Positions 9,859-18,560 of a stretch of 20,000 nt of DNA are shown piece by piece. The notes under the pieces are model-generated. The model worked only from the letters and a program-made list of their open reading frames with translations, was not told where the DNA came from and made no database searches. Source of the stretch: Spizellomyces punctatus DAOM BR117 (lineage: Eukaryota); NCBI GenBank assembly GCA_000182565.2, contig KQ257453.1; one strand, 5' to 3'. A program made the translations under genes and the position numbers. Positions within the stretch are counted from its first letter, which is position 1; the number at the start of each line of letters is the position of its first letter.

Positions 9859-10680
9859 ATTTACCTTAGAACCTTCTAGGTGCCCAATATCGTCATCCAC
9901 ATATTCCTGTACGCCCAGAAGGACACTCTTAAAGTTTTTGCCTATACCTTGTAATCACTTTGGCAGGCGCTCAAGTAACCGGGATTGCAGAAGCAGATGA
10001 AAACCGGGAACAGACTGAAGAACGATCCTTTGCTGAACTTGATAGCGACTTACGGGGGCAGTGTCATTTCAGACAACTACATTACGTGACTCGATCTCCT
10101 GTGTCTGACTCTTCGGCGTCTTGTGCGTTCATGCTCAACATTGTCATGAGCTGTTGTTCCACCAGACTTCTCGTCACATTCGTTTCATGCCTTTAAAAAA
10201 GCTACACGTTCAGCTTAAAGCTATGAAATCCTTGCTCGCACATAATCTGATGTGTCTTTCGCCACCGTTCTGCTTTAGTTGCTTTGAGCTCCGCTCTAAA
10301 CTTTGACTCTGGCCACTGCCGACACCACCACCCGTGCTCATCTCTAAATTGATCGGTACCAAAGACAAACGCAAGGTAGATGCAGCTTTACCTTGAAAGC
10401 TTTCAGCACATTAAGGGTCGCCAGCATATTCGTCTTTGTTGACTTGGCCATGCTTTTACTCGTGAGCTTACCCATGCAACGCATTCAACAATGGGATTCC
10501 GTGCAAGCGGTTCTTGATCTGATCTGAAGCGACAGTACATCACAAAGCAAATTTGGTTCAACATTCGCTGTTTTCAATTTCTCAAGGTGGACGTTCCCCA
10601 CTTGACCATGTTGTATGTCATCGTCATCTTCGTTAAAATTTGAAACGTTGATGACACGATTATCGAACGTCCGACGAGAA
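9859..10680 (-). pseudogene. Possible decayed intron-containing gene of unknown family
   Basis: Four minus-strand donors (GTAAGC at 10471, GTAAAG at 10391 with TTTAG acceptor at 10344, GTAAGT at 10053, GTAAAT at 9864) separate protein-like stretches (e.g. RRTFDNRVINVSNFNEDDDDIQHG, LQGIGKNFKSVLLGVQEYVDDDIGHLEGSK) broken by stops and frameshifts. Confidence 0.3.
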
Positions 10681-10764
10681 CCTTGCCTTTAAGGTTGGGC
10701 ACAGAGGGAGAAAACACAATAGCTCAGTTGCGAGCTTTTCGTAGGTTATCAAAGGAAATCCACA

Positions 10765-12740
10765 ATGTTGAAAACATCCATCCATCAGGCACACTGGACC
10801 CGAGGTATGGAGGTGCTCGATATTTTTTTTTCATCTTGCAACTCTCTGAAAGTCGAGATGACGCCATACTACCCTGCCGTACACACCCACTCAGCGTTAT
10901 GGTCTACAGAAAATACGGTGGTTGGTGTAGGCCATCCAAACTGGGTAAAATCGGTCGAGCTGCTGAAGCATATGAAAGGAGTGCGACTTACTGAAGTGAT
11001 GCGCTGAGAATTGTTGGCAAGGTTCCAAACGATGATGCTGGACTTTCTGCCATCTCGATGAGTGGCTAGGTGCAAAATGGAATGTGGGCAGTCTCAAAAG
11101 ACCAAAATGCGTTTGAAGACTGAGACAAGCGGTTTGTGGACTTTCTCGAGGATGGTATCGGTTCGGTTTGCATCATGACAAGAGGGCTATTGTTAGAAGA
11201 TCTCTGTTGCAGCCACAAGATTTCATCATCCATCGGTCTTTTCCATCCATTGTGGGAATGAGATGGCAAAGTCATTGCCAGAAGTTCTCCCCTCATCGTC
11301 CGAGTTTGGTTAAGCCCCCAATGGACTCCTTTGCAAAGGCTGTGATCGAAACCCTCGAGGACCGAGGTCTCATGCTATTTGGTCGCTCACCCTCTAACGC
11401 AAACCAGCAGAAAGATGATGGCGGTCGTGGCATTCGGCGAGATCCAGGAAGCCAACGCATTCTTGTCCGTTGCTACGTATACGGCTCTCCGCCATTGGCT
11501 TTGCACACATACGCACCTTTTCAACAACCCTTCCGTCTGGTCCTTCTTTTCCTCTCTAATGCTCTTTCATATTCCTCTCCACTCAGCGCAAGCGGCTCCT
11601 CTTGAAATATGAGCGACGACCCATCATGGTCAGCTGCTGCAGCCACGGTTGAAAGAGATATGCCCCAGATGATGCTGCTTCTTTGCAGGTCCAGTCATGT
11701 TTGTGACTAAGAATCCATGGTACCTTGGTTTTCGGCATCCTTGGATGAAGCATGACCATAGCCAATCATCCTGGCAAGGCGTCGCTACCAGAGGCATCCG
11801 CATTTTGTCCCAGCATCTTGATGACAGGTTAAGTGCATCACTTATAACATTGAAAGCCCACCTTGCTGCGACACATGGAGCAGAGAGCTGCGAAAGTAAC
11901 TTCGCCAGGAGCGGTATTTATTCATTTAAACTAACACCCTTGTCAGAAGGAAACGATGGTGTCGGACCTGCCCGAAATCGTCCTAACTCCCTTTTGGCGA
12001 CGCCCTGTTAAAGGTGCTGAGAACTCGTAACTTTACTAGTTCCTATTTCCGCAAGCTCCACATGCGTGGGTCATTACTGCCGAGAAATACAAAGGCGTAC
12101 CCATGAAATCAAGGACACAAGAGTCGAGCATGAGCGCCAGTGCGTTAAAAAGTTGACGATATCCCGAATTCAAGAAATTACACCCCTTGCCCTCGTGAGA
12201 TCTTTGGCAAACTGTACCTGTTAAAAACGACGATAAGATTATCGACGTATTATTTGGGTCTCCGAAAGCGGAACAACCGCATCAAAACTGGCGCCTCCTA
12301 ATGTTCGTAAAGACATCGATAATCTCATGCGAAAGGATTCTGTTCGAAGAGCGTTTGGCGCTCGACTCAGCCCTGTTGCCAACCCTCCAACAAATGCAAC
12401 CCATAGAGCCAAAAATCCCTTTGAAACTGCAACGTATTGGATGTTATGCAGACTCCACGACATGCAAAGACTTGGTGGCCTCGAAGGGTCAGAGCTCTGA
12501 AGTTGGTTAGGTCAAGATCCCGGGAGCTTTATCTCCCTATTCATGAAATGCTGGTGGGATGTGGTGAGGTAAATGAAATGGGTTTTAAGATGATAGGAAG
12601 TGTATCTTTTCGAATTGCATCTTCTTGCAGATCTTCATCTTTAGATGGTCCCCGACCCTATGGCACCGCCCAACATCACCTTGAGAGCCGGACTGTCCTT
12701 GCAACGTCAAAACATTCAACCAAATCTGGTCGAAGGTAAG
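10765..12740 (+). pseudogene. Possible decayed intron-containing gene(s) of unknown family
   Basis: Protein-like segments hop between frames. A well-formed 52-nt phase-0 intron at 11535-11586 (GTCTGG...CTAAT...pyrimidine tract...CAG) joins HLFNNPS to RKRLLLKYERRP. Boundaries are approximate. Confidence 0.28.
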
Positions 12741-13620
12741 GTCACCATCACGGCACATGTAACAGCTTCTCAACAATTCTTTCGTCAATCCTCTGTATCC
12801 ACACCATAAGAAACTGTTTGATGCAATTCAAAACAACACTCTAACCTCCAGCATCCGCAAACGGCAATCTTGAAACAAAAGTGAGCCATTTCCCGAGCTT
12901 GCTTATAGACCTTCTACTCTATAGCTGCTTGCTCGGTGGAATACGGACAAATATTTAAACTTTAAGTACTTATCAAAATATAAAGTAAACTACAGACGAA
13001 AATCAGCGCTATTTTCCGGAGATTAGCATAACTGCTTTGATGCAGTTTGACAACAGTGGAATGCACATTTTGCTAATTGTATGATAAAGGTGAGCATTTA
13101 GACAACAGGTAACTCGATTTTGAATAACCTCAAGTGCATTGATGGCCATGGGCGTGACGGGGTACTGTACACTGCCCTGCGAAAAGACTTTTCGCTCGGC
13201 AATCACATAAGGTTTGCAAAGGGATTCTTGTGCAGAATGGCAACGAATCATCTTTGACAAAGAAGGACTGCGGGTAAAAATGCAGCTACAACGAGGAAAA
13301 GGTTGCACCTTTCAAGCTCAGTCAGACTTTTGCTTCGTGGGAAGCGTGGTAGAGCCCGGGAAACAAAGCCCAAATGGCAAACATGAAGCATTGTGATGTG
13401 TATGTAGAGATTGACATTATTTCCCACGGGTCTTGAAAGTCGTAGCTACGACACAACGGAGCTGATCTAGTTCTGATTTATACGCTCCTTGCTATCAATC
13501 CGCGATGGCGACAAAAAGTTTGCCTCCATACATAACCCAAAGCACTTAAACCTCTGTTTTTACAACCAAATACTGAATGCTAAAAATTGGACATACTAAA
13601 TACGTTGATTGATCACGATA

Positions 13621-14448
13621 TAGCAATTGAGTAAAAGACAAATGCATCATAAAAATGATACAGTAAAGCATAATCAAGATATAAAACACGTATCATCAGT
13701 TTTGAACGATATAGTATATAATATCTCAGCTACCCAAAATACTCGACCTAAAATGCAATAGTTCCATTCTTGTATTAATGGGTAAAAGGTGTTGGAAAGA
13801 TGTATTAATGAGCCATAGAACGCAGATATCTGTGCTGTTCCTCTGTAATCCGTATGCTGTAGTCTCATTCTTGTGTGGATGGATGGGTAATAGCTGGTGA
13901 AAAGGAGTGATAGATGTTGGAAAGTAATCTGTAAGTCATCGATGACACTATTACTCAATCCTACGTCGGAAAGTATCTGTCACTGACACTATTACTCAAT
14001 CCTACGTCGGAAAGTATTTGCAAGTTGATCTACTTCTTGTGTGTGTGGGTAATAGAATGTGTATAATTATTCTTGTATAGATGGGTAATGGGTGTTGAAA
14101 AGTATTTGCAAGTTGAACTACGTATGGATGGGTAATAGATGGTGAAAAGGGATACTAGGTCTTGGAAAGTAATTTGTCTGGACGATGTAGCAAGTGAGTA
14201 AAAGACAAACGCATCATAAAAATCTACGTCTAGTCGTGCCAGATTCTCCTATGCAATTGAATAGGAATAATAGGTGTTGGAAAGTAATCTGTCTAGAAAG
14301 TATCTGTAAGGCATGGGGTCGGTTTGGCAGAGTGGTTAATGTGGTGGGTAATAGGTGGTGAATAGGAATAATATGTATTGGAAAGTAATCTGTCTGGAAA
14401 GTATTTGTAAGGCATGGTGTCGGTTTGGCGGAGTGGTTAACGCGGTGG
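13621..14448. repeat. AT-rich scrambled satellite built from reshuffled modules
   Basis: Recurrent GGGTAATAG, TGGTGAAAAGG and GTTGGAAAGTAATCTGT. Exact 34-nt repeat at 13943-13976 and 13984-14017; 36-nt repeat at 13621-13656 and 14188-14223; 101-nt-period duplication at 14261-14347 and 14362-14448. Confidence 0.88.
14318..14347 (+). pseudogene. 5' fragment (30 nt) of tRNA-Ser(GCT)
   Basis: GTCGGTTTGGCaGAGTGGTTAAtGtGGTGG, 27/30 identical to 14419-14448; no anticodon loop or T arm. Confidence 0.88.
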
Positions 14449-14500
14449 CCTGCTAAGCCATTTCCTTCTGGGAGCGCAGGTTCGAATCCTGCAGCCGACG
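14419..14500 (+). tRNA. tRNA-Ser(GCT), 82 nt, intronless
   Basis: Acceptor stem GTCGGTT/AGCCGAC, D stem GCG/CGC, anticodon stem GTGGC/GCCAT with loop CTGCTAA, long variable arm TTCC/GGGA, T arm GCAGG-TTCGAAT-CCTGC, discriminator G73. Confidence 0.97.
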
Positions 14501-14520
14501 TCCAAAAGTGAGTGGGATTC

Positions 14521-14526
14521 TTTTTT
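14521..14526 (+). terminator. RNA polymerase III T-run terminator
   Basis: T6 run 20 nt downstream of the tRNA 3' end. Confidence 0.7.
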
Positions 14527-14616
14527 CATTTTGCCTTCAAGATTCTTTTTTCAGTTTGCCTTGAAACGCAGCAAGACAATGAAGCGCCCGATATGGATAC
14601 CTTCCGGACTTTTTAA

Positions 14617-14996
14617 GGCCGCCTTTGCATTTTCAACAGATGGTTAGGAACAGCACGGCACACTCGGGATATCTTTGCATAAGACATTTATCCATCGATC
14701 GTCCATCTAAGAGCGAGACGAATCGTTGATATGCAAAGTCAAAAATATGCACCACGCAGAATGGGTTTTTGGTCTTTACTCAACCGTAGCAAGGGTACCG
14801 AGGACGGCGAATCAAGTCGGTGAACTCAATATCACCAACACTTATGGCCGCCCTTGCGTTTTGAAGAGATGGTTAGGAACGGCACGGCACACTCGGGATA
14901 CCTTTGCATAAAACATTTATCGATGCATCGTACATCTAAGGGTGTGACAAATCATTGATATGCAAAGTCAAACATCTGCACAGCAGAAGGGGTTTC
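14617..14996. repeat. Direct repeat of ~150 bp with 229-nt period
   Basis: About 14617-14768 and 14846-14996 share AGATGGTTAGGAACRGCACGGCACACTCGGGATA, CTTTGCATAA, CATCTAAG and TTGATATGCAAAGTCAAA. Confidence 0.92.
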
Positions 14997-15379
14997 GAAG
15001 CATTCTTTGTTACGGCAAGAGAAACCGACGGGCCTTATAGAAAAGCTAAGGAACACCCTAATCCCGATTGCAACTCTGAGATTACTTTGGATTGCAGGCA
15101 TGCAGGAGCTGTGCAGTCGATTGGTTCCGGCTGATGCCCTGGCACTCAAGCATTTTGAATGGGATAACGGCTTGATTTGCTGCAGAAAACTCTCGACGTC
15201 GATACCGTTCATAACGTTCGCCATAGGAAGCTTGCCGACCTATCGCGATCATTTTTATCTATTATCAGATACCCACAATATCCCTAATTTCACCCTAAGA
15301 CGAAACCCATGCATGATGCCAATCAGAATGTCTGAAGAGCCTGACAGTCACCGAGGGAATACCGCTTTTCGTAGATGCC

Positions 15380-16930
15380 AAGACTAACATATTTTAAACA
15401 TTGACATTGTTGCCTCGAAACGATGCTTTGGTCATCGAATGCCACCGGAAAGCATGGCAATACACATTGTAACTGAGGTCGTCTCAGTAATATTCGTCTG
15501 AAGAAATCTACCAATCACGGTCGCGGTGCCTATTTGCAGTGAACACATTGGTATATTAGTCCATTAGCGTCAAAGCATTGCCGTTGGTGGTGCATTTTCT
15601 GAATTGCCACGCCGCCGGCAGTTGTCAAAGCACCTGTTGTAGTATTGGTCGACTCTGTAGCGTTCGTTGTGGGAGCATACCCATGGTGCTGGTGGCTGTG
15701 TTCAATGTCATCAATCCAGATATCCTTGCATTTCCCTACCTGAACCTGTATCTCGGGAGATCTTATTGCTTCGGTACGAGAATAGTAAGATTGTACGGTA
15801 ATATAAGAGACTTTCCAGCTGAGTTGCGGCAACGATGCCACCTACCTACAGTGGAGGATGTTGCTTCCAATACGGCGCTCCAGCTGATAATTGCCTTCAA
15901 CCACGTTAACACGCCAGTGCCATAATACCAGTAGGTGGCCCCTGAAGGCCAGCCCTGCGAGTGAAAAGTGAGAAACCATAAGGATAGTGATATTTACCGG
16001 CACCAAAGTTCCCTCTTATCTCTGCCAATAGATGTACATCTACAGTGACGCTGTTGTTAAGAATCAAAGTTTCATCGATGTACAGAGTAGGTCCACATGT
16101 TTTCCGGAAGGAAATCCTCCTGCTATGATCAATGCGCTTGTCATAGAAGAAGGTGCTCAGTTATAGTAAGTAACAGTCCAGCGCCAGACAGTCTGCTAGA
16201 GAATGCAGTAGCACTATTCAGGTTTGTCATCGCCCGCACCTTAAACTTCCACCGATGTGCAGAGGATTTCGCTATCCTGATGCCATCTGAATAGATAATG
16301 CTACCACCTACAGTATTCATGTTTCGCCTAAAAGTTACTCTAATATTGAAACAATCCACGTAGATCCACTTGACGTGTCGTTTGTCCCGGTAATGGTTTG
16401 GTGCACAGAGGAATTTCTTTCGCGCAAGGTAACATCAACAGAAGAATTACATCTTCTTGCTTAAAGCAGCTCCATCCATTGTGAGGAAAGAACCACTTGA
16501 CAAAGTGCTGCCAGTGCTGTTTGTGATCAATCGAATGCGGTTAAGCGTCAGATTGCTGTTGTCTACAAGATTTCCCAATGCATCAGTGTTTGTAGAAGAT
16601 GTAATATTTCGACCTGAGAATGCCTGATCCATCTGAAGTGACAGATGCACCACGAAAGGATTTTGATACATATGTTGTGCTTGTAGCCTGTACACCTTGC
16701 AGAGTAGCATTTCCATGCACATGCAGGCCGTGTTCATACCTAATCCATCTTCAACGGTGACAGTAACGCTTGTTGGGCCTCTGCTCTTCCGAAACACCAG
16801 TTGGGGTTATGCTCCATGCCCAGCAGGGTACGTACCACTTCTGCATTTACCAAGTAGGACATTCATTTACCATTATGAATCCTTCCGCTATCATTCGTCT
16901 TCCAAGCACAGTTGTATCACCCTTCCCGTA
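15380..16930 (-). pseudogene. Frameshifted relic of a viral-type fibre/structural repeat protein (candidate endogenous viral element)
   Basis: About 8 degenerate repeats across three frames, e.g. TNATESTNTTTGALTTAGGVAIQK (15596-15667), TNSTGSTLSSGSFLTMDGAALSKK (16453-16524), NTVGGSIIYSDGIRIAKS/LHIGGS (16244-16317), SSMTSALIIAGG (16115-16150). Confidence 0.65.
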
Positions 16931-17062
16931 GCGATCACACTCAACTCTCCGCTGATTATGTAATAGGATCACGTGGAGTTAAACTGCGCCATACTGACAA
17001 GTACCGATCAGCCACGTCCAAAGTTGGTGGAAAGCGCAAACTTCATTCCCAACAATCTAACC

Positions 17063-18222
17063 ATGGCCGGTAAGCTTCTTCTACCCTTCCTCCTGTAGAA
17101 CTAGTTCTACTTTCGATGCTTAATCCTCTTACCAGACCGCAGGGCAACAAATAAATATTACCCTCCGGACTGGGACCCTTCCAAAGGCTCCATCAACACC
17201 TATGTAGGCCAACACCCCCTCCGCGAACGTGCCCGCAAACTCGATCAGGGCATTCTCATTATTCGATTCGAACTCCCCTTTAACATTTGGTGCACGTCGT
17301 GTAATAATCATGTGGGGATGGGCGTCCGGTACAATGCCGAGAAGAAGAAAGTCGATATGTATTACAGTACACCTATATGGAGTTTTCGTATGAAGTGTCA
17401 TTTATGTTCTGGGTGGATTGAAATCAGGACGGATCCAAAGGTATCTGTTTGGATTTTGGGGTGTATGTTGAGATGTTTTACTGATCATGGTTTTAGAATT
17501 CAGAGTATGTTATTGTGAGCGGGGCGAGGAAAAGGGAGGAATCATACGATCCTGCCGATATTGGATTACCGACCCTTAAAGACCCCGCTGCGGAAACACC
17601 CAAAACGGCATATGAAGCACTGGAACAGACCAACAACAACATTCAAGCGTCCCTTGAAACCGTTCCCCTCCTCACACTCCTTCGAGACCGTTCTGATAGA
17701 ACATGGAGCGATCCTTACGCCCTGTCCCAAATAATGCGGAGAAAGTTCCGAACGGAGAAGAAGGCCTTGGCTAAGGTTGAGAAAGAGGCGGCGGCTGTTG
17801 CAGAGAAATTTGGGTTGGGGGTCAAGGTGCTACCTGTGAGTGAGGAGGATGAGAGGAGCGCAAAGAGGATAAAGTATTTGGAAGAAGAGCCAGAGACACC
17901 GGAGGAAAAATTGGGAATTGTCAGAACACAAAATGTGTTTCGACGCAATGGAAAGACTGAGAAAAAGGCCCTGGCAAAAGTGCTGGACATGAAAGCCAAA
18001 ACAGTGGCGGATCCTTTTGCTCTTGCTCCTACTTCTTCTAACGGCGTATCATCGCTAGCTGCGTCTGATGGAAAAGAAGGCGTAGTTCTCCGACGGAATT
18101 CAAGAGAAAGCGAAAGGGATATCCAAACGAATCAATCCGCTCTTGTCCAATTCCCATCAGAAACACCATCCCTAGTCTGCCATGAATACGGGGATAGTGA
18201 TGAAAGCGACAAAGATACCTAA
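17063..18222 (+). CDS. CCDC130: CWC16-family splicing factor CCDC130/YJU2B; join(17063..17069,17136..17440,17497..18222), 345 aa
   Basis: Spliced product MADRRATNKYYPPDWDP...HPLRERARKLDQGILIIRFELPFNIWCTSCNNHVGMGVRYNAEKKK...FRMKCHLC...TDPKNSEYVIVSGA matches the CCDC130 N-terminal zinc domain. Introns 17070-17135 and 17441-17496; 1038 nt in frame. Confidence 0.96.
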
Positions 18223-18560
18223 TAGTCCAACATCATGATGTACATAACCGATAGCTGATTCCTTGTAAATAGATACGTCTCGCATACCCACTACCCTAAA
18301 TTAAAAATGCTATATGTACAGTGCGCGCATTCAATCTAATTCCTCTTTCAACCTGACTTGATGAGACCTCAGCCATCATCATCAGTCTTTAATCGCTTGG
18401 TCGGTGGAGGTGGTGGTAACGGTGTTGGTGAAGACTCCATTGTCTCGTCTGTTTAAACAAAAAAGAGAAAAAAGCCCGTCAAAATCGTCATCTCCATTTA
18501 GGATATACAAACCACCACACCAAGAAAAACATCTCACCGTAAAGCCAAAAAAAACAATTG

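Noticed and set aside
13943-14017. 34-nt exact direct repeat resembling a CRISPR repeat
   Set aside because: Only two copies with a 7-nt gap, embedded in a satellite, in eukaryotic DNA with no cas genes.
15007-15925. Plus-strand ORFs 15007-15387 and 15578-15925
   Set aside because: No recognisable motifs; the second is antisense to the fibre-repeat relic.
9845-16942. Intact transposon or LTR retrotransposon explaining the island
   Set aside because: The flanking repeats are host CCDC130 sequence, not TG...CA LTRs, and I found no RT, integrase, transposase or terminal inverted repeats by eye.
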